Both the position numbers and the translations under genes were made by a program. From the human T2T-CHM13v2.0 reference genome, Homo sapiens, in the NCBI RefSeq assembly GCF_009914755.1, contig NC_060930.1: a DNA stretch of 64,000 bases. One strand, 5' to 3'. Shown here one piece after another: positions 28,089 through 44,829 of this stretch. Position 1 is the stretch's first letter, and every line of letters begins with the position of its first letter. The notes under the pieces were generated by a model, which was not told the origin of the DNA, made no database searches, and saw only the letters and a program-made list of their open reading frames with translations.

Positions 28089-28400
28089 GGCAAGGCACGG
28101 TGGCTCATGCCCGTATTCCCAGCACTGTGGGAGGCCGAGGCGGGTGGATCACTTCAGATCAGGAGTTCAAGACCAGCCTTGCCAACGCGGTGAAACCCTG
28201 TCTCTACTAAAAATACAAAAATTAGCCGGGCATGGTGGCACATGCCTGTAATCCCAGCTACTCGTGAGGCTGAGGCAGGAGAATCGCTTGAACCTGGGAG
28301 ACAAGAGGTTGCAGTGAGCCAAGATCGCACCACTGCACTCCAGCCTGGGAGACAGAGCAAGACTCCATCTCAAAAAAAAAAAATAAAAATTAAAAAAAAA
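28089..28400 (+). mobile_element. AluS element
   Basis: Full dimer and A tail. Confidence 0.94.
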
Positions 28401-28599
28401 GCCTGAACCTAGAAACGGACCTACAAATGTCAATACTTAGTAATATTTTTAATTATTAAGCCAAGATTTCCAAAAATAAGAAAAGCATAATTGATTATAC
28501 TGGTTTCTTTTTTTTTTTTTTTCATTTGGAACATATAATTGAGAAAGCTTTAGTATCAAGCATATGTAAAGACTCATAAAATAATAAGGAAAGGCCAAA

Positions 28600-29400
28600 C
28601 TGCCTGATAGACCAAAAAAAAAAAAATCAACAATAAACATTTTACAGAGGAGAAACAGAGAAACATATACAGCTAAAAACATATGGAAGGATCTTGAGTC
28701 TTATAGCAATATTGATGAGCAAATCAATATGTAGAATAGCAAATCAGTATCATTATCAAAGAGATAATGGATATCTCTTTATACTCAATTTATTGGCAAT
28801 AATTAAGAATTTAAACTACAGAAATATTGAAAAGTATTTGAATCAACCAGATTTCTTATATAGTGCTAATATAAATTGGTTAACCACTTGACATTATCTT
28901 TTAAAGTTTAATATTCACACACCCTATGACCCAACAATTTTCTAGATGTATATACTAAAGGAAATTATTACATTTGTGCACCCAGATAAACACATAAAAG
29001 TGTTCATAAAAGTACTGTTTATATTAAGAAGAGCCGACAGCAGATGCCTATCCAGAGGTAAACAAATTGTAATATATCTGGAATAACTTGTTGCAATGAA
29101 AATAAATGAACTACAGGTATACGTGATAATATGATGCTTAGTGATAGGTTCTCAGATGATCACAGCATGATGGTCTTTATAAGCAATAACATTTTTGAGC
29201 AAACATATATTTGCTGAAATTATCTTTTTAAAAATGTAAGAAAATAATATAAACACAAAATTCAGCATGTCAGGGTTATGCTGCAGGGTAACGGGGTGGT
29301 GAGGATTGTATAGATAGTTGCAAACATTGCTCATGTTCAACTTCTTGGGTTGGGTAGTTGGCTTTTATCACTAACAAAGTAATAAGCCAGGGAATACAAT
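28600..29400 (+). mobile_element. Old L1ME-like 3' fragments
   Basis: accctatgacccaacaattttctagatgtatatac and aaaataaatgaactacag are L1M 3'-end motifs. Boundaries approximate. Confidence 0.55.
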
Positions 29401-29770
29401 GGGTAAATGAAAAAATAAAATAGAGTCACGATTAGACCAATGATGATAGTATATCATAAATCAAGTCTTCTCATCTTTAAAATGGAATTAGTAGGAGTAC
29501 TTAGCTTCCTAGGGTTGTTATGAAGGTTGAAATTCTTAGAATAATGCCTGGTACATAGCATTTTTTTTTTTAAGTTAAGTTCTAGGGTACATGTGCACAA
29601 TGTGCAGGTTTGTTATGTATGTGTACATGTGCCATGTTGGTGTGCTGCATCCATTAACTCGTTATTTACGTTAGGTATATCTCCTAATGCTATCCCTCCC
29701 CCCTCCCCCCACCCTACGACAGGCCCCGGTGTGTGATGTTCCCCTTCCTGTGTCCAAGTGTTTTCATTGT

Positions 29771-33598
<3,828 letters not shown>

Positions 33599-33646
33599 TT
33601 ATTTTGCTCGTTAGTTGTTTCAGTTTCTTCCTAGCATCGATGGTCT

Positions 33647-34662
33647 TTACAATTTGGCATGTTTTTGCAGTGGCTGGTACTGGTTGTTCCTTTCCATGTT
33701 TAGCACTTCCTTCAGGAGCTCTTTTAGGGCAGGCCTGGTGGTGACAAAATCTCTCAGCATTTGCTTGTCTGTAAAGTATTTTATTTCTCCTTCACTTATG
33801 AAGCTTAGTTTGGCTGGATATGAAATTCTGGGTTGAAAATTCTTTTCTTTAAGAATGTTGAATATTGGCCCCCACTCTCTTCTGGCTTGTAGAGTTTCTG
33901 CCGAGCGATCTGCTGTTAGTCTGATGGGCTTCCCTTTGAGGGTAACCCGACCTTTCTCTCTGGCTGCCCTTAACATTTTTTCCTTCATTTCAACTTTGGT
34001 GAATCTGACAATTATGTGTCTTGAAGTTGCTCTTCTCGAGGAGTATCTTTGTGGCATTCTCTGTGTTTCCTGAATTTGAATGTTGGCCTGCCTTGCTAGG
34101 TTGGGGAAGTTCTCCTGGATAATATCCTGCAGAATGTTTTCCAACTTGGTTCCATTCTCCCCGCCACTTTCATGTACCCAATCAGGCATAGATTTGGTCT
34201 TTTCACATAGTCCCATATTTCTTGGAGGCTTTGTTCGTTTCCTTTTACTCTTTTTTCTCTAAACTTCTCTTCTCACTTCATTTCATTCATTTGATCTTCA
34301 ATCACTGATACCCTTTCTTCCAGTTGATCGAATCAGCTCCTGAGGCTTGTGCATTTGTCAGGTACTTCTCGTGCCATAGTTTTCAGCTCCATCAGGTCAT
34401 TTAAGGACTTCTCTACACTGGTTATTCTAGGTAGCCATTTGTCCTATCTTTTTTCAAGGTTTTTAGCTTCTTTGTGATGGGTTCGAACTTCCTCCTTTAG
34501 CTCAGAGAAGTTTGATCGTCTGAAGCCTTCTTCTCTCAACTCCTCAAAGTCATTCTCCATCCAGCTTTGTTCCATTGCTGGCAAGGAACTTCATTCCTTT
34601 GGAGGAGGAGAGGCGCTCTGATTTTTAGAGTTTTCAGCTTCTCTGCTCTGTTTTTTCCCCAT
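33647..34662 (-). pseudogene. Disrupted L1 ORF1 (RNA-binding protein)
   Basis: ATG at 34662 (MGKKQSR...). The C-terminal half (IIQENFPNLARQ...YPAKLSF...QKHAKL) lies in a frame that only becomes ORF1-like near 34180, indicating a frameshift. Confidence 0.88.
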
Positions 34663-35236
34663 CTTTGTGGTTTTATCTACCTTTGGTCTTTGATGATGAT
34701 GTACGGATGGGGTTTTGGTGTGGGTGTCCTTTCTATTTGTTAGTTTTCCTTCTTACAGTCAGGACCCTCAGCTGCAGGTCTGTTGGAGTTTGCTGGAGGT
34801 CCACTCCAGACCCTGTTTGCCTGGGTATCAGCAGCGGAGGCTGCAGAACAGCAGATATTGCTGAACAGCAAATGTTGCCGCCTGATCGTTCCTCTGGAAG
34901 CTTCGTCTCAGAGGGGTACTCGGCCGTGTGGGATGTCAGTCTGCCCCTACTGGGTGGTGCCTCACAGTTAGGCTATTCAGGGCTCAGGGATCCACTTGAG
35001 GAGGCAGTCTGTTCATTCTCAGATCTCAAACTCCATGCTGGGAGAACCACTACTCTCTTCAAAGCTGTCAGACAGGGACATTTAAGTCTGCAGAGGTTTC
35101 TGCTGTCTTTTGTTCGGCTATGTCCTACTCCCAGAGGTGGAGTCTACAGAGGCAGGCAGGCATCCTTGAGCTGCAGTGGGCTTCACCCAGTTCAAGCTTC
35201 CCAGCCACAGTTTGTTTGCCTACTCAAGCCTCGGCA

Positions 35237-35500
35237 ATGGCGGGCGCCCCTCTCCCAACCTTGCTGCCACCTTGCAGTTCAGTCTCAGACTGCTGGGCTA
35301 GCAATGAACAAGGCTCCGTAGGCATGGGACCCTCCGAGCCAGGTGTGGGATATAATCTCCTGGTGTGCCGTTTGCTAAGACCATTGGAAAAGCGTGGTAT
35401 TAGGGTGGGAGTGACCCGATTTTCCAGGTGCCGTCTGTCACAGCTTCCCTTGGCTAGGAAAGGGAATTTCCTGACCCCTTGTGCTTCCCGGGTGAGGTGA
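35237..35500 (+). other. L1 ORF0 (antisense ORF of the L1 5' UTR), open for 87 codons, same strand as LAMA2
   Basis: GCAATGG Kozak context. Translation MAGAPLPTLLPPCSSVSDCWASNEQGSVGMGPSEPGVGYNLLVCRLLRPLEKRGIRVGVTRFSRC... matches the primate ORF0 pattern. Expression not shown. Confidence 0.8.
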
Positions 35501-36149
35501 TGCCTCGCCCTGCTTTGGCTGACACTTGATGGGCTGCAACCACTGTCCTGCACCCACTGTCAGACAAGCCCCAGTGAGGTGACCCTGGTACCTCAATTGG
35601 AAATGTGGAAATCACCCATATTCTGTGTCGCTCATGCTGGGAGCTGTAGACTGGAGCTGTTCCTATTCGAATTATACTGGTTTCTAAAAAAGATTGTAAT
35701 ATATTGTTGAGAGTGAAGGGAGTTTTATATCAATAATTAAATTATTTTAAAATATTGTTTATTTCATTTCTCATACTTCAAATTACTTATTTACATTTTA
35801 ATAATATATTAGTATCATAACACATGTGTATAATACAGCTAGAAAGAGAGAGCATATATACCCTGAAGGCATTTTTAATTATAATATTGTAAAACCAAAC
35901 TCTAAAGACTCCTGTTCTAGGTAATTGATTAGTCCAGTAAATGTAGGCATAAGAAAAATGTATGAAATAGATGACGTTAATCTTTCATGCACAATAACAC
36001 CTTTCTCCAGCTGTGGCTCTAACTGTCCTGATGGATTCTTTACTGCTCTCAGCTAATCCATTATATGGTTTTAGACATCCAGGATAGACACTGAAAGGAA
36101 TAACTATTACAAAAGTAATTTTAAGAGGAGCATTTGATTGACTGATGCT

Positions 36150-38050
36150 CCTCTTATGTATTCATTGTGTGTATGTATTGAATTTGTGTATTCATTGTAT
36201 GTATTCAATATTCAATGTATGTATTCATTGATCCTGCATATACTTGATGATTTGATTGGTGGTTTGATTCCAGTTATATTAACTTGCCAGAAACTTTCTA
36301 GTTTCCAAACAGTGAATACAACTTAGACCTCATGAAGCTTACATTCTAGTTAGAAGAGAGAATATTAATTAGATAAGCACATAAAATATACATGTGTTAG
36401 ATAGTGATAAATGACAAGAAAAAAAGTAGAGCATGGAGGGCCTAGGAAGGATGATAGTGGTTGAATAGACTTTAATTTTATATAGAATATTAGGTCAGAG
36501 ATCTGAAGGTGACTAGGAAAAAGTTATGTGGGTATCTGGAGCAAGAGCATCTTAGGACAAAGAGAAAGTAAGTGAAAAGGCCCTAAGATATGAATGTGGC
36601 TGGCATGTTCAAAGACCCTCAAGGATGGGGTAAGAGTGGGGAAGAGTTGAAGGATATGGGGAAGGGGAAAATATCGTAGGCCTTTGGCACACTGTAGTTA
36701 ATGTCTTCACATTTTTCTTGCAATGCAATGAGAAACACAGACATGTAATGATCTGAGTTATGTTTTAATAGGGTTAGTATGATTGTTACTTTGAGAGTTG
36801 GTTGAATGAGGACAAACAGATAGACCAGTTAAGAGACTTGGCATTCATCCAGTCATTAGCTGTGAAGTCTGGACCACAGTGATAATGGTGAAAATGATCA
36901 AGTGTGGTTTGATTCCAGATACATTTTGAAGGTAATGCTGAAAAGATATGCTAATAGTTTGGCTGTGGAACATGAAAGAAAGAGGAGTTGAGGATTATTT
37001 CCCAACTATGGACCTGAGCAACTAAAAGACTTGTCATTGATTTAGATGGGGAAGACTGTGGTAAAAACAAATTTTTTACAGGAGATCATGAACTCAGCTT
37101 AGCTAATTATATAAAGTTAGAGATGCCTATTATATATCGAGGTGTAAATGTTAAAGTGATAGCTAGTATACAAGTCTGAAGTTCATTGGGTCAGGAACAT
37201 CTGAACTGAAGATGTAAAATGTTTGAATCATCAATCCATATGTCATTTAAACCAGAAGACTAGATGTGATAACCAAGAAAATGAATAACGAGACAAAGTA
37301 TGAGATCTAAGGATTGGGCCCTATAGCACCCCAACATTTAGAGGTTAGGAAACTGAGGACGAACTAGAAAGGAGACTAAGAATCAGTGACCAAAAAAGTA
37401 GAAGGAAAACCACAGAAGTCATGTATTGAAAGTCATTTGAATGAATCAAGTGATCAACTTTGTCAGATACTGTTGATGGGCCAAATAAGGTAAGAAATGA
37501 GAATTGACCATTGGATATAGCAATGCATTCGACCAATGACCTTGAGAAGAGTATTTCAGTGGAATGAAGGGCAACATGGAAACTAGAGTGGATTTAAGAG
37601 AGAATAAGAAGAAAGAATATGGAGATAGCAAGTGTAGACTTGTCTTTTTCTAGAAAGAAAATAAGGGCATAGATACTTTTATGGGATGTGGAATGGTGCT
37701 GGGACATGTGGAAGTCTCTTCTATTGGTCTGTATATTCTTAGAAAATAGAAAATAATTGAGTATGAGAACATGGGAGGAAAATGCTGAAGATTCAAGGAG
37801 AAAAGAGAAAGTATGAAAAAGTATCCAGGAACATAGCAAAGAACATGGACCAGACAGCATTAGGGATCTATGTGAGTTTAGTAATCATGAATTTGAAGCA
37901 AGGTCAGTCAACAGGTACTATGAGTTTCTTCAGATGTATCCAGCTCAGCAGTTGCAGGTACAGAGAAGATAGAGGTTAGATTTAACTGACGTTGTGGTTA
38001 AGCCAAGTGAATACAGTAAAACTAGAGATTAAAATAATTGACCATGGAAT
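36150..38050 (-). mobile_element. L2 element remnant
   Basis: (TGTATTCAT)-like tail at the left end and typical L2 motifs (agatctgaagg, ggcatgttcaaag, gagaattgaccattggatatagcaa). Minus-strand peptide LSPSTVSDKVDH-like region resembles the L2 RT motif. Confidence 0.75.
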
Positions 38051-39847
38051 CTAAGACAGTGATGAGAAACCCTCAAGCTACAGCGATTTCCCATTGTCTC
38101 CCTAAATGCTATTGGTACTGTAGCCAAGACAAGTCTTTCTTTTATAGGACTATACAAGGCCTTAGAGGATATTTAGTATCCTTGGCCTAAAGGATAAAGG
38201 TAAAGTGGTACAGTACACATTTAGTGTGCTGTACACTAAATATCAGTAGCACTTTGCCACAAATTAAAGGAACAGTATATAATCCTTGACAGTGCTTTAA
38301 CTCCATTGCATTTCCTTCTTTTTTAGAATGGAATTTTTTTCTATATGTTCCCCAAAGCAAGGCTAGTTTATATAACATTAAATTACTTATGCAAATGCAA
38401 AAATTAATCTGAACATCTATTTATTATATCTAGCACAAAACATAGAAACAAAGAAGGCATAGGTTATTATTTTGAAATTATGCTTTACTGAACACATAGG
38501 AATTGCTACCAATCGTTTAAATAGTTGCCTTATTTCTTAGACAAATAGTAACTGAAATGTATGGAGCATTCATGCATATATTTGGAATGTATTAAGTGTT
38601 CATGTGTATACCTGGCGCAGAGTTAATTGTTTTGCCTGCATTATCTGATTTGATTTTCCCACAGTGCCATGAAGTATGAATTATCATTATCACTATTATA
38701 TAGTAAACAGTATAAAAATGTGTCTATGACTTGGAGAATGGAAAAATGTTTTACAATATTACATTCTGGTTGTTCACTTCCCTTCCATTCATGTTGACAT
38801 TGAATTGTTCTAGGCTGCTAAGGCAGCACTGTCAGAAGCCACGTTTTTTCTAGGCATACACACACTTTATTCCTTTGTCCTTTAGTTCCTTAAACTACCC
38901 ATGCACTTTCCTCCTCTTTCTTTTTACATTGATGATTAAAATAGTGAGCCTGAATTTTTTTAAATAAAAACCAACTAAGTTTTTTATTATTTATTATTTG
39001 GAGGAACATATGCCCTCCAAAATATCATTTAGTGCATCTTAGACATAAAACAATTTAACTGCTTGAAGAAAATGTCCAGCTTCTGAAATGGCATGCCATT
39101 AGATATTAGTGACATTTGTTTATAAACAAATAAATGTCTTCAACCTCTATGTAGTTACTATCAATATAGCCATGCAATATATATGGAGTTCCAAATACCT
39201 TTCAAAAAGTAATGTTGATACAGTAGTGATCACTTATGTCCTTTTGATTGAAACTGCATTATACGAAGTTCTTTCCTTTCAGCACAATAACCTGAAAAAT
39301 ATAGCTGTCTATTTAAAGAAGACATTTTCTTGTTTGGCAGAATATTATCATCATACAGCATATGTACAATATGGTCCTAATTTGTGTCGATATGTGCTAG
39401 GCTTAGAAAACTCACTTTAAGTTTTACTAAATTTATTTTGGCGTTTAACTCTTACTTTTGACATGATTTATATTCTAAGGAGATCTCAGCTTCTTCCTGC
39501 TTAAATGACATTACATAGATAGAAAGGTATATATTCTTATTATAGCAGTGTCTGCCAGGGCTGCAGTCCTGTTGTTAGAAGGCTGTCAGAATTTTAAATG
39601 TAAGCCTTCCTTTCCCAGATGTTATAATTTAATCTTCTAACTCCTATTAATTTCTGAAGACTGTGGGGCCATCCTATATCTTAGAACAAAATATAGATAC
39701 GTACATTCCTGATTTTTTTCTCCATATTTACCTTCCCCCAAATGTTTTAATTTTATTATTTCAAAATTATAATAATAGCAATGGATTTCAAATTAAAATT
39801 CTGGCTAGTGAATCCCTCAGGTATTTCTTTATATTGACTGATTTGTA

Positions 39848-40493
39848 TGTTGTAGGCTAAATAATGCCCTCCTCCAAGATACCCATAGCTGAATTTCCAG
39901 AACCTGTAAATATGTTCCCTCTTACATGGCAAAAGGGACTTTGCAAATGTGACTAAGTTTAAGAACCTTAAGGTGGGAAGATGATCCTGCGTTATCCAGG
40001 TGGACCGAATCCAGTCACATGAGACCTTAAAAGTAGAAGAGGGGGTCAGAGTGATGAAACAATGGAAGAAGAGGAAGGAGAAGTTTGAAGCATGAAAAAT
40101 ATTTCATTCATCATTGCTGGCTTTAAAGATGGAGAGTCCCTTGAACCAAGGAATGTGAATGACCTCTAGAACCTGGAAAAGAGCATTGGCTGACAAACAG
40201 CAAGGAAATGGGAACCTCAGTTCCACAACCACAAGAAATGAATTCTGCCAACAACCTGAATGAACAAGGAGATAGATTCTCCTCTAGAGCCACCAGAAAG
40301 GAATGTATCCATGCCGACACCATCATTTTAGTCATTTTAGCTAAAGGAGACCCATATTGGAATATTCGCCTACAGAACTGTATTCCAACAAGGATGCATA
40401 TGTTGGAATATTCACCTACAGAACCATGAGATAATATATTTGTGTTGCTTTCAATTGCTAAGTTTGTTACGGTAGCAATAGGAAACTAATGCA
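39848..40493 (+). mobile_element. MLT1E/D-like solo LTR
   Basis: cttacatggcaaaagggactttgcaaatgtga ... gaattctgccaacaacctgaatga ... gcaataggaaactaatgca. Has an internal ~27-bp duplication near 40353-40428. Confidence 0.8.
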
Positions 40494-40498
40494 ATGTA

Positions 40499-40941
40499 CA
40501 GTTGACCCTTGCACAATGCAGGGATTAGGGATGCTGACCTCTACACAGTTGAAAATTTGTTTATAATTTTTAGCTCCCTAAAAACATAACTACTAAGAGT
40601 CTACTGTTGAACAGAAGCCTTACTGATAACATAAGCAATTTATTAACATATTTTGTATTTCATATGTATATATGCTGTATTCTTATAATAAAGTGTGTTA
40701 GAGAGAAAAGAAAATACTAAGAAAATCATAAGGAAGATAAAATATATTTTTGTTAATCAAGTGAAAGTTGATCATCTTAAAGGTCTTCATCTGCATCATC
40801 TTCATGTTGAAAAGGCTAAGGAGGAGGAAGAAGAGGAGGGGTTGGTCTTGCTGTCTCAGGGGAGGCAGAGACAGAAGAAAATCCGCGTATAAATGGACCG
40901 GACTTGCACAGTTCAAACCTGTGTTGTTCAGGTGTCAACTG
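40499..40941 (-). mobile_element. Tigger2a (MER28)-like TcMar DNA transposon
   Basis: Terminal inverted repeats CAGTTGACCCTTGCACAA / TTGTTCAGGTGTCAACTG with TA duplications at 40497-40498 and 40942-40943. Length 443 bp. Confidence 0.88.
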
Positions 40942-43900
40942 TATATGAAGGCTTTCTTCTTTAAACAGAAAGGAAGTATTTTGTGCCCAAGATTTGGAGA
41001 AAGCAATGGGATCAAAATATCATAGAGATTTTATGGTATTTGTCCTTTTTTTCCTTTTCCCCTTCACTAAGGGTCTTGAAAAACTGGTCTGAAACTCCGC
41101 TCCAGTAGAGCAAAAAGAAGAACTGAAAGTTAAGAAGATATTTTTGTGAAAAATGTTGTGAGACAAATTTTGACACAGGGTTGAGGAACTCTTTTTTTCC
41201 GCATCTGACCAAGGGCAGGCTTGATATCCTGAAGGTTAAGAGCGGCTTTGCCTGAAGCAAAGTTCTCACTATGGGAAGTTGCAGCCGAGTAGTGAAGAGT
41301 TATCTTGATGGGAGGCCGGAACAAATTTGCTTTGGAGACGTAAAGGGAACTAAGAACTATTCTTACTGGACTCCAATATGAGACTTTATTTCTATCCATT
41401 GGTTTGCAAGGCCTGGAGATATATGCATTAGATAAAAAGACTGTATTTGTAATTAGAAAAGCCTCCAGTAATTAATGTCCAAATATGCAACCAATTTAAA
41501 TGATGTCTACATAATACCACACATAGATGAAAATCCAAAAAGTCAAACATTCATTATAATAATTCTTCCAATCTAGTTGTTGTTATATAGAAGCCCCTCA
41601 GAGGGCACCCCATTTTGCTGAATTTCTTGAGTTTTTTACTTATATCACAGAATCAGGATGTTCAAAGTATAACAAAGATGAGAAGTAAGTTGAAAAAAGA
41701 ATTATTAGTGATATTTCTTCTACCATATACATGTTATCTTGGAATTGGAATTTTTTCGTAATAAGAAATCCATTAGCATAAATACAGTTTAAATTGAATA
41801 AGTAAATTTCATTAAAAACAAAATATTTATTTGGGGGTACATTTTATAAATAGCTGCAAAATCAAAACTGCATTTTTGAAATGTAAGCCATATTGATGCT
41901 AGTAAGTCAATATGCTCATTATCAATTGTGTATGTACTTTTATGTTATTTAGAAAATTTAATTACACGTACGGTGTTTCAAGTATTCAATAGATAAACCA
42001 CCTAGGAATATAACAGGGGGCATAAAACATATTATCGACTCTGTGTCTTTATGAAACTAGATAAAGCAAAGAAAAATCTGTCAATTACTCAGCCAGTTTC
42101 ATCTTAGTAGCCTACTGTAAATTGAGGTCTATGTTTTTGAGTGAATGAAATCTAGTAAATTAAGTTCACCAGGTCTTATTCTAGTTTATTTTAGATGGAA
42201 ATGTATGATTTTTAAAAGTGGGAGTAAAATCTTACACATATTTCTGAAATGTTAAGAAGATAATTTTATAATTCAAACCTGTACAAGAACTTAGTTTGCC
42301 TATCTGAGCAAATTTTACATTCACTAGTGAATGCCCATGTGAAAGACAAGCAGGAAACTTCCAGGGGCCAAGGGGCTTAGAACCAACTGAACTGGTACAA
42401 AATAAACATTAGGTATTTCAGTACGTAGAGTTTGTGGACAAAAAGAATAGGCTCTTACCAATTACTATGCTACTAGAATATCCAATTTTGCTTTTACCAA
42501 GCCTTAGTGAAAAGTGAATGAATTCTAACAAGAAGACTCAAAGACACTGGTGCTCCCCCTGTGTCTCCCTTCACTTATTCTGCATGGTCAGCACCTCTTC
42601 AAAAGACCAATAATAATGGTCCCCTACAAGAAGTATACAATTGCTCCTCTGATGTGAAAGCATATGAAGAAAATAAGTGTCCAAAGCTGCATAAATATTT
42701 GCACCCCTTTGAGAGTATGAGAAAGTGTGTGTTTTATGTTGTGATTGATAGGACAACTTTCATGGCCCACTTTGAACTCTTAGCAGGAACTTTGGAATGT
42801 CCTGAGGGTCTGTCTGCCTTTGTATGGCAGGAACTCTGTTTTCTTAGAAAATAGTAAAGAACAGTTTGTACTCCTTTGTTCTAAAGGGTACCTATAGTTT
42901 ATGGGAATTGGGGAACTTAGTAGAAAAATCACCAACGCTCTCATGTTTCTCATAAAAAATGCTCAGCTTTATTTGGAAACTTTGGCCATTGTTTTCTTTT
43001 TCTTCTTTCTTCTTCTCCTTCCTCTTTTGAGTTAAAAAGGCCACAGTCTGACCTACTTATATGTGTGATGAAATGTGCAGACTCTGCCAAGGCTATTTAT
43101 TCTAATGATTTATCTACTCAAGATAAAAAGAAATAAAGTGAAGACAAATCTGAAATACTGTGCAATGTACTTACTTGAAAGCAGTAAGTTCTCATGTTAG
43201 AAAATTTCCCTATTAAGCAAGAAATCTTGAACACTTCATTAAAGTCATATGATCTGATTTTTATTATCATTTAAGTCAGGGAATTTTAGAACTAAATGTG
43301 TCAATTATAAAACTGTACATATGTATAGCCTCCAAAATGTGTTAAACATTAGTTCATATGAATCTCAAAATACTGTAACACAGTAAAATGAGCAAGAAAA
43401 TTTTTGAAATTTGCACAGTAGAGACGATGCTGTTAATGTTCACCGAGGTAAATAATTTGTCCAAAGTTCTATTTCTGTGAGATACTCAACTGAGACATAA
43501 TCTCAGCTTTTTTCACTTTCATATTCTATATTTTGGTTTTCATTTTGTTCTTAAGAAACAAGTATTTTTAAAATGAAACATCTGGTTTCGGCAGTGCTGG
43601 CTAATGCTCAGAACTCCCTTCCCTTGTTTTCTTCAATGTCACCCTTCTATAAAAACCTCTGAATATCTGAATACGTTTTAAGAGCACCCCTTATAAAACA
43701 CTTTTTGCTTTGTTATGTTTCATTTTGCAGGTGCCAAAGTCACAAATATTTCACCTCATTCAGATATTCCAGGTAGTAAGGCTGATATTTTTATGAGTCA
43801 TTTCATCTGACAAAATTAATTTAAGAATAAATAACATTGAAATAGTAAGTAGCATGTATTTTGGACTTAACTCTTATTTTCCCTATTTCTATTCTTCCAT

Positions 43901-44169
43901 GTTTTAATAGATTAATATATACTCATGTGTATATATGTACATGCACACTCACACACATATAAGTATATATATATTTATTTTTCCTCATCTTATACAAGTG
44001 GAAACATACTATACACATTATAAGAGCACAGTATAATTTTTATGTAATATAATTTGAAGTTAATTCCATATTGGATAGTTTCTTCATTATATGTGTAAGT
44101 ATATGTAATATATCATATGTATCTATGATTGTGTATTTCATTGAATGAATGCACTCAAACGTGTTCAGC

Positions 44170-44420
44170 AATCAGCACAGAGGTTAAACATTGACTCTAG
44201 TACTAGACTGTGAAGGTTCAAATCCTGCTTTCACCACCTGCCATCTTTGTAACCTTGAACAAGTTATGTAAGTACTCAATGCTTCAATTCCCTCATCTTT
44301 AAAATCAATGTAACAGTTATAAGATTCTTACCACATAAGGTTGTGTGTGGTGTTTTGAGAATGTAATGAATGAACATATCCAAAGCCACATTGTAGAGTG
44401 CTTAGCACTTGCAAAGCATA
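44170..44420 (+). mobile_element. MIR remnant
   Basis: ggttcaaatcctgctttcaccac...gtaaccttgaacaagtta...cctcatctttaaaat. Confidence 0.7.
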
Positions 44421-44421
44421 A

Positions 44422-44829
<408 letters not shown>

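Noticed and set aside
42561-42854. 97-aa + strand ORF containing YSAWSAP, resembling the exon motif YYWSAP (possible duplicated exon)
   Set aside because: Similarity is limited to four residues, the frame is closed by TGA at 42519, and there is no convincing in-phase acceptor.
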